Source: Nitrosopumilus sp. (lineage in GTDB: Archaea; Thermoproteota; Nitrososphaeria; Nitrososphaerales; Nitrosopumilaceae). Taken from it: 64,000 bases of DNA. The notes below the pieces were generated by a model, which ran no database searches, was not told where the DNA came from, and worked only from the letters and a program-made list of their open reading frames with translations. The stretch spans positions 512,001 through 576,000 of the forward strand of contig OZ250186.1 of NCBI GenBank assembly GCA_965238275.1, given 5' to 3'. Both the position numbers and the translations under genes were made by a program. Positions 41,034 through 50,718 of the stretch are shown one piece after another (within the stretch, counting starts at the first letter, position 1; each line of letters begins with the position of its first letter).

Positions 41034-42050
41034 ATGGATCCTTTGGAGATTGACGGCGGACGCGGTGAAGGCGGGGGACAGATAGTCCGCTCTGCAGTAG
41101 CCCTCTCGTGCATTACAGGAAGACCCATACATCTGAAGAGCATCAGAAAGAACAGGAGGGTTTCGGGGCTGAGGCCCCAACACCTTGCAGCAATATCCAT
41201 ACTCCAAAGGATTGCGGGTGCAGAAGTGATGGGAGCCGAGATGGGATCCACGGAACTGAAATTTGTTCCGGGCACAATGGATAACATGGAACTAGTCGAG
41301 GATGTGGGGACAGCAGGGAGCATTCCGCTGATTCTGCAGGTCTTGATTCCGGTTGTAGCCGCCTCCCGTAACAGCCTGGATCTTACAATCAGGGGAGGAA
41401 CTGACGTGTCCTGGAGCCCCTCGATGGATTACGCCACGCACGTACTGGGGGAGGCATATTCCAGAATGGGGATGATGTTTTCACTTGAGGTAAGGAGGCG
41501 CGGATACTATCCAAGGGGCATGGGGGAGGTGGTTCTGCATGTGTTCCCGTCTGATCTCAGGCCGGCTACATTCTCTGGCAAGAGAACGGGCAGGGCTGAG
41601 ATGATCTGTACGTTCTCAAGACTTCCAGAGGAGATAATACGAAACGAGATCAGAAGAGTCAGCAAGGACCTGGCAGGATTGGCCCTGAATGTAAGAATCA
41701 TGGAACAGACTGCTGCAGATTCGGGCGCATCCATGCTGGTCTTTGAGACAGGCGACCGCATAACAGGGACGGATTCGTTGCTTGACAGGAAGACGCACAG
41801 GTTTGGGATCGATGCAGGCAGATTTGCAGAATCCCTAGGAGTAGACGAGAATCTGGCAGACATGCTTGTTGTGCCTGCAAGTCTGTGCGACGGAAGAACC
41901 GCATTCCAGGTTAGAAGCATCACAAGACACATGGAGACGAATCTGTTTGTCGCCTCCAAGATTACCGGATGCAGGTACGGGATTGGAAGGCTTGATGGCG
42001 GGTTCGAGGTGATAATCGACGGCGTCTCACACCCCGGCATCAAGCAGTGA
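41034..42050 (+). CDS. rtcA: RNA 3'-terminal phosphate cyclase
   Basis: GEGGGQIVR, GLRPQH, GGTDV, RGYYPRG, catalytic-type HMETN. Confidence 0.93.
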   Translation: MDPLEIDGGRGEGGGQIVRSAVALSCITGRPIHLKSIRKNRRVSGLRPQHLAAISILQRIAGAEVMGAEMGSTELKFVPGTMDNMELVEDVGTAGSIPLILQVLIPVVAASRNSLDLTIRGGTDVSWSPSMDYATHVLGEAYSRMGMMFSLEVRRRGYYPRGMGEVVLHVFPSDLRPATFSGKRTGRAEMICTFSRLPEEIIRNEIRRVSKDLAGLALNVRIMEQTAADSGASMLVFETGDRITGTDSLLDRKTHRFGIDAGRFAESLGVDENLADMLVVPASLCDGRTAFQVRSITRHMETNLFVASKITGCRYGIGRLDGGFEVIIDGVSHPGIKQ

Positions 42051-42524
42051 CGCAAAGAACAGGATTGCCACCGACAGGACGACAGTAATCTCGCCAAGAA
42101 TGATGATCTTCTTTCTGAGTTTTTGAATCTGCACGTCGGATAACTGCCCGGACATGATCTTCTTTTCCACATCCCCGCGTATTATCCGTACATGTATGAC
42201 ATACGTGATTACCAGTGCAGCCACCAGAATAATCTTGACTATAAGGAACGTGCCATAGCTTGTAGCTACAAGAAGTTCAGGCCGGCCCAGCAGGGCGTGT
42301 GAACTGTACAGTCCTGTTGCCATCAGAATTACCAGCGAGGGGACCGCTATCATGTTGAACCGCCTTCCAACACGGATCATGATCTGCATTCTCTCCTCCA
42401 CGGATTCTGCTATTGTCTTTAAAAGCGGGGAGAATACGACCCCGATGAAGATCGAGCCACCCACCCATATTGCAGCAGAGACGAGATGAATCCACGTAAG
42501 AATTGCCTGTTCAAGTGCAGCCAT
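42027..42524 (-). CDS. CopD-family membrane protein
   Basis: WIHLVSAAIWVGG; SYGTFLIVK; four TMs. Confidence 0.82.
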   Translation of the reverse strand: MAALEQAILTWIHLVSAAIWVGGSIFIGVVFSPLLKTIAESVEERMQIMIRVGRRFNMIAVPSLVILMATGLYSSHALLGRPELLVATSYGTFLIVKIILVAALVITYVIHVRIIRGDVEKKIMSGQLSDVQIQKLRKKIIILGEITVVLSVAILFFASLLDAGV

Positions 42525-42575
42525 GGACTACAATGAAAAGGGATCAAATATTAGGTATTTGGGTAATCCGCCGAA

Positions 42576-45377
42576 CTAGTTGCGGCGGCTTATCCTTTTG
42601 CGGACCGTGTGGACTGCCAGGATTGGTCCTGCCACGTAGACTCCTCCGATGGCTGCAATCGAGAGCATGCCAAAGACCAGCACCGATACCTCAGAGCCTG
42701 GGTCTGCAAGCGTCATGATGTTCATGGTGTACAGTCCCGGTGTTATCAGTGCCCTTACGGCATCCCTGAACATTGGGTTATCCCTTTCAAGGTCTGCAAT
42801 TGCAGGCGAGAAGGAGTAGTAGACCTGGTTGAATCCTGTCATGAATGATGTTCCGGATTCCGTGGAGAGTAGTGAACTGTCCCTGATTTCACGGAGGAAC
42901 TGTACCTGTGGTGCAAGCTCGCTGCCGTATGCTGCAGTCGCAATCAGGCATCCGCCGGGTGGTTCAACTGGTTCAACTGGTTCAACTGGTTCAACTGGTT
43001 CAACTGGTTCAACTGGTTCAACTGAGTTACTAGAGGCAAAGTACACGCCGAGCTGCGTCCACTGGCCGTCTAAAATCGTCCATACGTCATAGTTTACCTG
43101 GGCCAGGTCGCCGGCAGCGTTGAGCCTTGTGGAGCCAAGTGCGCCACTGTGCTCTGCTGCAACCTCTGGGAATACGGCAGTCAGTTTGGTGACATCGGTG
43201 CTCTGTATGCGCTCCATGGAAAGGCCCAGGAGCCAGATTGCATCATATGCGGAGCTTGCATAGGTTCGTGGAGTCCTGCCAATGGCCTCCTCGACTGCCT
43301 CCTCTACCTGCTTGCTGGCATCGTTCTTGCCTGATGCGACTTGGAGTGTCGTAAACTCGGTATTGGTGGCAAATTCTAATGTGATTGGGTCGTCTATGAT
43401 GACCGTGTCCTTGGTGACAGCATCTGCGCCGAACCATCTGACCTTGTTTAGTATGTCATGGGATGCTGCGGACTGGAAGAGAATCTGTGTCTCGCCGAAG
43501 CCAAAGCTCGTGACGCCCACCTTGTCTGCGCCATACTCGTCTACGTATCCCCGAACTATCTCTGCCAGTAATGATGCCTCGCTTGAAAAGTCGGTAGCCT
43601 CGGGATTGTATGCTATTCCGTCATCTACTGTTCCTCCTGTTGCAGGGAATGCTTCACGTATGGCGCGTTCCAGTCCCACGCCCCATGCCTCGTCCCTCCA
43701 TATGGGAACGATCACCTCGATTCCTGCATCCTGGAGAAGACGGACCAGTGCGACTGCCTGGTTGGAGTCGTCAGGGGCCAGTCGGAATATGCTGTCGTCC
43801 CCGATTGCAAGGAGTGGTGACGTGGAGGAGGGACTGATTATCATAATGTTGTTAGAGTCTACATACCCCTTGATGTTCTGTATGTTGCCGCTGGACTGTG
43901 GGCCTATGACGTGCTTTATGCCCTTAGCGTTTAGTGCCTGCACCTTTTCAAGCGTCACCGTGGGCTGGGTCTGGGAATCCTCGGACACTACCGAAAGGAA
44001 CCAGCCTGCATCCTTTTCTGCAAGGTATGCGTTAAAGTGTTCCACTGCAAGCTCGTATCCGATCTTGTTCTCCTCTCCGGATCTGGCAAGTTTGCCCGTG
44101 AGCGGTATGATTGAGCCTATCTCGATCTCGCCGGACAGCTTCTCCTCCATTGCATCCATGGCAGCAGGCACGATGGAGTTGCTACCGGCATCATAAGTTC
44201 CAAGGAACGTCCACTCCTCATTTTCGATTGCCCATATGTCATAGTTTGCCTGTGCAAGATCCCCTGCGGAATTCAGGCTGACCAGGCCCAGTGCACCCCT
44301 ATGCTCATCTGCAACCCGGGGAATCGCTTCGGTCAGGGTATCAACATCGGTGCTATCAGTTGCCTCCATTGCAAGGCCCAAAAGCCATATTGCATCATAT
44401 GAGGCGCTTGCATATGCAGTAGGAGTGTTTCCAAGTATTGCAGCCACTGATTCATCCACATGCGCACTCTTGTCATTCTGGCCTGAGGCCACCACTACGG
44501 TGGTAAATGAGGTGTTGGTAGAGAATTCCAAGGCGAGCGGATCCGAGATGAATCTTGGATCCTTTGCGCTGGCATCTGCGCCAAACCATCTGATCTCGTT
44601 TAGTACTTCATGGTTCTGTGCCGACTGGAAGAACAGTACGGCCTCTCCAAATGCAATGTATACCACGCCCACATTCTCTGCGCCATTCTCATCAACAAGT
44701 CCCTGCACTGTGTCTGCCAAGATGGATGTCTCGGTTGAAAAGTCACTTGCTTCAGGGTTGTAGCCAAATCCTTCGACTATCGTTCCTCCCAGTGCGGGGA
44801 CTGACTCACGAAGTGCGTCCTGTAGTCCCACGCCCCATGCATCCTCCCTCCATATCGGAACGACCACATCGATTCCATTGCTCTCAAGCAGCTTTGCTAT
44901 TGCAACTGCCTGGTTGGTGTCGTCAGGGACTGTCCTGAAGATGCTGTCTCCCTCGATTGCAAGCAGTGGTGATGTGGAGCAACAACTGATGACCAGCATG
45001 TTGTTGGAGTCAACGTATCCCTTTACGTTCTGCAGGCTTCCGCTGGACTCTGGTCCTATCACATGCTGTATGCCCCTTGCATGGAGAGCCTGCATCTTTT
45101 CAAGGGCTACTGTTGGAAGCGTCTGGGAATCCTCGGTCGTCAGTGAGAGTGACCAGGTTGCTCCCTTTTCTGCAAGGTATGCGTTAAAGTCATCTATTGC
45201 AATCTGATGGGCAGCGTTGTTCTCTGCTCCAAAGTTTGACAGATCGCCGCTGATTGGCGCGATCGCGCCAATTTCAATCTCTCCTGACAGTTGGGCGGTT
45301 GCGGATTGAGAGAATGTACCTATTCCTAACATACTGATCGCGGTGACTGCAATAATTGCGTATAATTGTAATTTCAT
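42576..45377 (-). CDS. Tandem two-domain periplasmic-binding (LivK/LivJ-like) protein with CFI-box-CTERM
   Basis: Two homologous ~380-aa domains (EIG..P.SG; EDSQT.P; IFR..PDD.NQA; AYDAIW); VEP linker; GGCLIATAAYGSELAPQV. Confidence 0.92.
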   Translation of the reverse strand: MKLQLYAIIAVTAISMLGIGTFSQSATAQLSGEIEIGAIAPISGDLSNFGAENNAAHQIAIDDFNAYLAEKGATWSLSLTTEDSQTLPTVALEKMQALHARGIQHVIGPESSGSLQNVKGYVDSNNMLVISCCSTSPLLAIEGDSIFRTVPDDTNQAVAIAKLLESNGIDVVVPIWREDAWGVGLQDALRESVPALGGTIVEGFGYNPEASDFSTETSILADTVQGLVDENGAENVGVVYIAFGEAVLFFQSAQNHEVLNEIRWFGADASAKDPRFISDPLALEFSTNTSFTTVVVASGQNDKSAHVDESVAAILGNTPTAYASASYDAIWLLGLAMEATDSTDVDTLTEAIPRVADEHRGALGLVSLNSAGDLAQANYDIWAIENEEWTFLGTYDAGSNSIVPAAMDAMEEKLSGEIEIGSIIPLTGKLARSGEENKIGYELAVEHFNAYLAEKDAGWFLSVVSEDSQTQPTVTLEKVQALNAKGIKHVIGPQSSGNIQNIKGYVDSNNIMIISPSSTSPLLAIGDDSIFRLAPDDSNQAVALVRLLQDAGIEVIVPIWRDEAWGVGLERAIREAFPATGGTVDDGIAYNPEATDFSSEASLLAEIVRGYVDEYGADKVGVTSFGFGETQILFQSAASHDILNKVRWFGADAVTKDTVIIDDPITLEFATNTEFTTLQVASGKNDASKQVEEAVEEAIGRTPRTYASSAYDAIWLLGLSMERIQSTDVTKLTAVFPEVAAEHSGALGSTRLNAAGDLAQVNYDVWTILDGQWTQLGVYFASSNSVEPVEPVEPVEPVEPVEPVEPPGGCLIATAAYGSELAPQVQFLREIRDSSLLSTESGTSFMTGFNQVYYSFSPAIADLERDNPMFRDAVRALITPGLYTMNIMTLADPGSEVSVLVFGMLSIAAIGGVYVAGPILAVHTVRKRISRRN
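42961..43023. repeat. 9-bp coding VNTR (ggttcaact)x7
   Basis: Perfect tandem array encoding (VEP)7. Confidence 0.97.
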
Positions 45378-45469
45378 TGTAAATCCTCAAACATATAGGT
45401 TAATAAGAATTTCTAACACATCAGTTAACGCAGAAGTAACAACAATTTAGTGCATGATTGGATAGAATG

Positions 45470-46186
45470 CCTATTCCAATACCCCGAAACCGGTCACGAA
45501 ACGCGAGGCGTCGTCCTCGTAGCACAGGAACCACCTGCCGTCGTCAAGCTACTTGTAGTCGGTGTGCCACATGGAATTGGAGTGCTCGCGCTCGTAGCGG
45601 ATCCACTTGGGCGCTGGCTCTTCTTTGGCTGGGTGTCTGCAAAACCGGCATCCTTCAATATTTTGTGCAGGGCGTTGTGTGGAATATGTATTCCGGAAAG
45701 TGACTTTATGATGCGCTCCAGGGACGCGGCCCCGAATACCTCGTTTGAGGCAGCCGAGAGGACCGCCGAATGATCCCGCCTGCCGGGCGCGCACTTTTTG
45801 GGCCTGCCCATGGGGGGCCGGATACGTAATCTTGTCCTTGTCCTTGTACCTCTTCTGCAGCTTTTGGACCCATCTGACCGAGACGCCCATGCTTGCTGCA
45901 ATCTCCTTGTTGTGGGCATTCTTGCGTTTTTGTTGGATGATCCATTCGACTTTGGCCTGGTCCAGTTTTTTCATTACTCGCACTCTCCGTCTTCCTATAT
46001 GACGCCACGCGGCCGTGCGTCTCCACCGACGGGCCCACACACCGCCGTTTCCAGTAAGGGACAGGCTGACTGCATTTCTCAGGAATTTGGCACGCGATGC
46101 CATGCCGCCGATGATGTCTGTCATTGGGCGTGTCCACCCCGGGCTGGAGCCTCATGTGGGGGGTGAACGACTTTCGGGACTATACA
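45470..46186 (-). mobile_element. IS481-family remnant (frameshifted, truncated transposase)
   Basis: MKKLDQAKVEWII..GVSVRWVQKL HTH; WIRYEREHSNSMWHTDYK..DDASR rve motif across frames; probable left end TGTATAGTCCCGAAAG (minus strand from 46186). Confidence 0.82.
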
Positions 46187-46491
46187 GAAACTTTGTTGCG
46201 TTCTATTGTACCGAAACTAAGCATTTCGGAAACTTTGTTGCGTTCTATTGTACCGAAACTAAGCATTTCGGAAACTTTGTTGCGTTCTATTGTACCGAAA
46301 CTAAGCATTTCGGAAACTTTGTTGCGTTCTATTGTACCGAAACTAAGCATTTCGGAAACTTTGTTGCGTTCTATTGTACCGAAACTAAGCATTTCGGAAA
46401 CTTTGTTGCGTTCTATTGTACCGAAACTAAGCATTTCGGAAACTTTGTTGCGTTCTATTGTACCGAAACTAAGCATTTCGGAAACTTTGTT
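46187..46491. repeat. Perfect tandem array, 42 bp x7 plus 11-bp partial
   Basis: Unit gaaactttgttgcgttctattgtaccgaaactaagcatttcg starting at 46187, 46229 ... 46439; partial at 46481. Confidence 0.98.
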
Positions 46492-46537
46492 TTATGTCCT
46501 CAGTTCCATCCAAGTAATTTAAGCCGTGATTACTATT

Positions 46538-46756
46538 GTAAGTGTTTCGTTTTCACGTAGAGGCGGTTTGAATATTCTCCAGTCGGATCCCTGATGAGCG
46601 ATTCCACCGCGATGCGCGGTAGTATGCCTTGCTTGTGACAGGTGCGGACAACTGAGACTAATGCCGAAGAGACACGCATTCCCTCAGATACTGACAGCTT
46701 GTGCCGCACGTTCCTCTGCAGTACAACGGCATCGCGTATGTCCCGTTCTGCAGCCC
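46538..46756 (-). mobile_element. IS66-family remnant (transposase C-terminus and right end)
   Basis: Minus strand reads AAERDIRDAVVLQRNVRHKL...SVVRTCHKQG; GTAAG-type end at 46538. Confidence 0.7.
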
Positions 46757-46769
46757 GGATCTGTAGGCG

Positions 46770-47215
46770 TCATGATGTACATGTGTACATGGCACATGAT
46801 CAGACACCGGCACGTCTGACACGCGCCTCCTAGCGGAGCCTCCGCACAGCGTCTTGATCAGATCGACGGTGCTGCACTGTTGAGATGGTTTACCACAGTG
46901 TACTCCTATGCCTCTTGTACTGTTTCGCTTCCGCACGCTACCCTCTTGTTGTAGGCGCGCTGCTTCTTTGTCAGGCCGCCGGTCTTTTTGTCGGCTCCAC
47001 GCTTTTTGTGTGCCTGATTGCCATCCGCTGGTAGATCAGGGTGGTAATGATTCGTCCTATTAGGGTCTTGCACGCTGCCCGGAACGGTCTTGTCTGGACA
47101 ACGTAGTCGCTTGGAACACCATCAGTCGAGATGTACAGCGCCGTGCCTCTGACAGTGTGGAGTTGATATGCTCAGCCTTGTGTGCAGGTACGCGTGCCTC
47201 AACAGGATGCGCCTT
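46770..47215. other. Mosaic of IS5 transposase words and the 5' part of the downstream gene
   Basis: 46939-46999 matches 8785-8845 (3 mismatches); 47093-47168 is a gapped copy of 47329-47386. Confidence 0.8.
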
Positions 47216-47245
47216 TTTAGTTGTGCATGGCATGATACCATTGAA

Positions 47246-47740
47246 ATGGCACTCCAGAGCAAGATGACAGTGTATGCGGCACTAGTAGGTGTGTTTGCGC
47301 TGATGGGTGGAATCGTATATTATGCAAGTCTGGACAACGAGTCGCTGGAACAGGTCGAGATCAGGCTTGACAGTGTGGAGTTGATAGATGTGAACAACTT
47401 GAAGAACCAGGCAAAGCTTGACGTCGTCTTTCTTGTAAAGAATCCAAGCGAGAAGACGTTTACAGTCGCAGTTATAGGGTATCAGCTGTATAGCGATGGA
47501 AAGCAGCTGGGTTCGGGCCAGTACTCCGTGGTGGACATAGCACTGCCGGGAAGGGCCGTCTTTTATCCGGGTGCCGAGATTCCGTTGAAGAGCATCTTTG
47601 TCCTCTCAAAGTCCGATGTAGGTGCAGAGACGTATGAGGCAATAATAAACAATGAGATCGGCAGCTTTACTGTAGAGGGAATGATAACAACGCAGACCTC
47701 GTGGAGTACCATTGACAAAGAGTTCAGTACGGGAATCTGA
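47246..47740 (+). CDS. LEA_2/WHy-like membrane-anchored protein
   Basis: N-terminal TM; V.F.VKNPS..T..V..I.YQLY.DG..LGSG pattern. Confidence 0.75.
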   Translation: MALQSKMTVYAALVGVFALMGGIVYYASLDNESLEQVEIRLDSVELIDVNNLKNQAKLDVVFLVKNPSEKTFTVAVIGYQLYSDGKQLGSGQYSVVDIALPGRAVFYPGAEIPLKSIFVLSKSDVGAETYEAIINNEIGSFTVEGMITTQTSWSTIDKEFSTGI

Positions 47741-47748
47741 GTGAAGAG

Positions 47749-47822
47749 TGGGCCGAGTGAGATTCGAACTCACGATCACCGCCGTGTCGAGGCGGTATCC
47801 TAACCAGCTAGACTACCGGCCC
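47749..47822 (-). tRNA. tRNA-Val(GAC)
   Basis: GGGCCGG acceptor; CCGCC-TCGACAC-GGCGG anticodon arm; TTCGAAT T-loop. Confidence 0.96.
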
Positions 47823-47884
47823 ATTGAAGTAAATGGCCGGACGATGACATTATTAACGTTTAACAGAACGGGGATGCGTTACAC

Positions 47885-48598
47885 TTGACAGGCGACTTTA
47901 CCGAGGAGGAGAAGAGGGGATTCTACAAGACCGTCTATTCCAGAAGGGATGTAAGATCCAGTTTTACGCCAGGGCCCATAAGCGACGAGATTCTCTCAAG
48001 GATACTCCATGCCGCACACCACGCCCCGTCGGTGGGATTCTCCCAGCCATGGAACTTTATCCTGATAAAGGACGCCGGGACAAAGAGACGGATCAAGGCA
48101 TCATTTGAAGAGGAGAGGGACAGATCGTCAGGGATGGTACAGGAGGGGCCCAGAAGGTCAAAGTATCTCTCATTGAAGCTGGAGGGAATCATCGAGTCCC
48201 CGGTAAACCTCTGCGTGACGTATGATCCTACAAAATTTGGCCCGTTTGTAATAGGAAGGACGAGCATTCCGGAGGCCGGGCTGTACAGCGTATGCTGTGC
48301 GATCCAGAACCTGTGGCTGGCTGCAAGGGTCGAGGGGATCGGAGTGGGCTGGGTCAGCATCCTGTCAAATCAGACGCTGAGAAGCGCCCTGGCACTGCCA
48401 GAGCATGTCGTGCCGGTTGCATACCTGTGCCTCGGGCATGTCAGCGACTTTGCACAGAGGCCGGATCTTGAGACTGCCGGCTGGCTGCCAAGGCTTGATC
48501 TAAAGGACGTGATATACTTTGAGAGATGGAACGACAGCAAGGGCGAGGGCTGGAACGGTATTCGGGAGATGATCAGGGACGGCGTGGATCGTATCTGA
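47885..48598 (+). CDS. bluB: 5,6-dimethylbenzimidazole synthase (nitroreductase family)
   Basis: RRDVR, AAHHAPSVGFSQPWNF, LKLEGI, YSVCCAIQNLWLAAR.EG.GVGWVS. Confidence 0.92.
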   Translation: MTGDFTEEEKRGFYKTVYSRRDVRSSFTPGPISDEILSRILHAAHHAPSVGFSQPWNFILIKDAGTKRRIKASFEEERDRSSGMVQEGPRRSKYLSLKLEGIIESPVNLCVTYDPTKFGPFVIGRTSIPEAGLYSVCCAIQNLWLAARVEGIGVGWVSILSNQTLRSALALPEHVVPVAYLCLGHVSDFAQRPDLETAGWLPRLDLKDVIYFERWNDSKGEGWNGIREMIRDGVDRI

Positions 48599-48603
48599 GA
48601 TTC

Positions 48604-50718
48604 TCACATCTCGACTATTACTGCCGCCCTTTCAGACTCTTCCAGATCCAGCCGTATTGCATCCATGATCTTCGAAGATGACGTAAGGCTGGAATAGTCA
48701 GAGAGTTTCAGATCGTTGAGGCAGAACACCTTGGGTGCAACCTCGGACCGCCTGGACTCCAGGAATTCATCAAGTTCCTCGATTACCGATATCCTTCCAC
48801 CCTGCATGATCCTGCCGTTCTCCAGGGTAAGCTTGGGTTTGCCGTACCTGTCCATCACCAGAATAAAGTGCCGGTTCTTTCTGCTGAAGAGCTTTCTGAC
48901 CTCCACATGGCCGGTAAAGACAAGGTAGTGATCAGTCTCATAACTCAGATCAATCAGATCCTCCGGGATCCCAATGACCTCGCTTGCCCTGATCCTTGCA
49001 TCATCTAGTGTGAAGATATTCTTTGATGTGTCTACACTATCCAGTTCCACATTTCCGACTGCGGTGACGCGCAGCAGCGCCTTTTCAGGTATGTACTGGC
49101 TGTTGATGACTACGGATTCTGGAACCGCGCCCTTGTCCACTAGCATGGCATGAATCTTCTTGGTCACCAGACCAATCTTTTCGGGGGTCGGATCATCCAT
49201 GGTCTGCTCTATCTCCTCCTGAAGCATGGAGGATGCAACGCCGATGGAGGAGATCACGTCGGCGTGATCGGCCTTTTCATAGGAGAGTCCCATCTGCTTT
49301 GCAACAAACGGAATCAGAACCGACGCGCCGCCGCCGCCGCCTATCAGCCGGACCGAGCTGTTCAGTTTGAACTCCTTCATGATCTTGGAGATGGTCTTTG
49401 TAATCTCAAAGGAGGCAGTCAGGATTATGGACATTGCCGCCTCATGGTATGGCACGCCCATGTGTTTTCCGAGTATTTTAAGGGCAGTCTTTGCAGATTC
49501 CTGGTTTCCAAAGGAATAGTCTCCTGCGTCGATCATCTCAAGGGCGTTTGCCGCGCACGTGTTTGTGATGGCGTATGTTCCGTTCCTGCATCTGACGGCC
49601 ACGTACTCCTCGGAGTCGTTTTCCCGGGGCTTTATTGAGACTATCTCCCCGGTCTTTAGGTCTTCGGGGTCTGCAAAGCAGGAGTATTTCAGGCCCGCGA
49701 TGTGGGCGCTTCTTGGCCCCACCTGGGAGACTCTGTTCTTGCTCAGGGAGACCATGCTGCCGCCGGCAACCCCCAGAATCCGCACATCCATGGAACGGAT
49801 GCATGTGGGATGGTTGTTCACTGTGACATAGCGGATCTCGGGTTTTCCGTTTCGGATTATGCAGATGTTCGTACTGGTGCCGCCGACCTCGACAAAGATG
49901 CCGTTTGTGACCTTGAGGTAGAGCAGGGCACCTGCGACGCTTGCAGCCGGGCCTGACAGGACTGTCAGGATGGGTTTTGTCCGAAACGTATCCATGCTGG
50001 TAACGCCGCCGTCTCCCTTCATTATCATCAGGGGCGCGGCAACGCCGATCTTTCTGATCGCCTCCTCGATGTAGTCTGCCACCTGGAATGTCCTTGGCAG
50101 GACGCTGGCATTTACTGCCGCAGTCAGGGTTCGGATCTCCAGACCGTAGACGCCGGAGAGTTCGTGTGAGCCTGTCGAGGGTATGCCGTGCTTGGAGGAG
50201 GTATTCATTACAAAGAGCTCGTTGGACGGATCGTCCACGCCAAAGGCCTCGGTTGCAACTATCACCTCGGCACCCCTTGATTTGAGCCGGTCAACGGAAC
50301 CTGCCACCTCGTCTTCGGTAATCAGGTGGGACGTGTCCAGAAACTCGTGGAATGTTGTAATGTTGCGGTTTGCATCTGACATGTTGCGAAGGTCTGTGCG
50401 CTTTATTACGTCCTTTTTTGAGGGGCCGACGCCCATTGCTATTATCCCCACACGGGAGGTGTCAGATTCCAGAAGGGCGTTTATGGCCTGCGTGGTGCTG
50501 TGCGAGATTAGCTCAATGTCGTTTATGTCGATTCTTGACTGTTTCAGAATGTCTGTAAGAACATGCACTATTCCCTCAGAGACGCCCCGCTCTGACCTGT
50601 GGGTGGTAGGAAGTGTGGATTTTGAGAGGATGGCGCCTGTCCGCACATCTATGGCTACTGCCTTGGTAAACGTTCCTCCCACGTCTATGCCAACGCGGAT
50701 TCTCTGTCTACTTGACAT
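48604..50718 (-). CDS. Hydantoinase/oxoprolinase-family (ASKHA) protein
   Basis: GIDVGGTFT, HSTTQAINALLE, LSGPAAS, EVGGTSTNI. Confidence 0.88.
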   Translation of the reverse strand: MSSRQRIRVGIDVGGTFTKAVAIDVRTGAILSKSTLPTTHRSERGVSEGIVHVLTDILKQSRIDINDIELISHSTTQAINALLESDTSRVGIIAMGVGPSKKDVIKRTDLRNMSDANRNITTFHEFLDTSHLITEDEVAGSVDRLKSRGAEVIVATEAFGVDDPSNELFVMNTSSKHGIPSTGSHELSGVYGLEIRTLTAAVNASVLPRTFQVADYIEEAIRKIGVAAPLMIMKGDGGVTSMDTFRTKPILTVLSGPAASVAGALLYLKVTNGIFVEVGGTSTNICIIRNGKPEIRYVTVNNHPTCIRSMDVRILGVAGGSMVSLSKNRVSQVGPRSAHIAGLKYSCFADPEDLKTGEIVSIKPRENDSEEYVAVRCRNGTYAITNTCAANALEMIDAGDYSFGNQESAKTALKILGKHMGVPYHEAAMSIILTASFEITKTISKIMKEFKLNSSVRLIGGGGGASVLIPFVAKQMGLSYEKADHADVISSIGVASSMLQEEIEQTMDDPTPEKIGLVTKKIHAMLVDKGAVPESVVINSQYIPEKALLRVTAVGNVELDSVDTSKNIFTLDDARIRASEVIGIPEDLIDLSYETDHYLVFTGHVEVRKLFSRKNRHFILVMDRYGKPKLTLENGRIMQGGRISVIEELDEFLESRRSEVAPKVFCLNDLKLSDYSSLTSSSKIMDAIRLDLEESERAAVIVEM

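Noticed and set aside
46187-46491. CRISPR array
   Set aside because: All 42-bp units are identical with no unique spacers, and there are no cas genes in the window.
46015-46560. Repeat-protein ORFs (NFVAFYCTETKHFG etc.)
   Set aside because: Open frames are a by-product of a 42-bp unit; they start inside the IS481 end and show no coding evidence.
46591-46640. Hammerhead ribozyme (ctgatga core)
   Set aside because: No correctly placed stem II-GAAA; the sequence is explained by the IS66 coding remnant.
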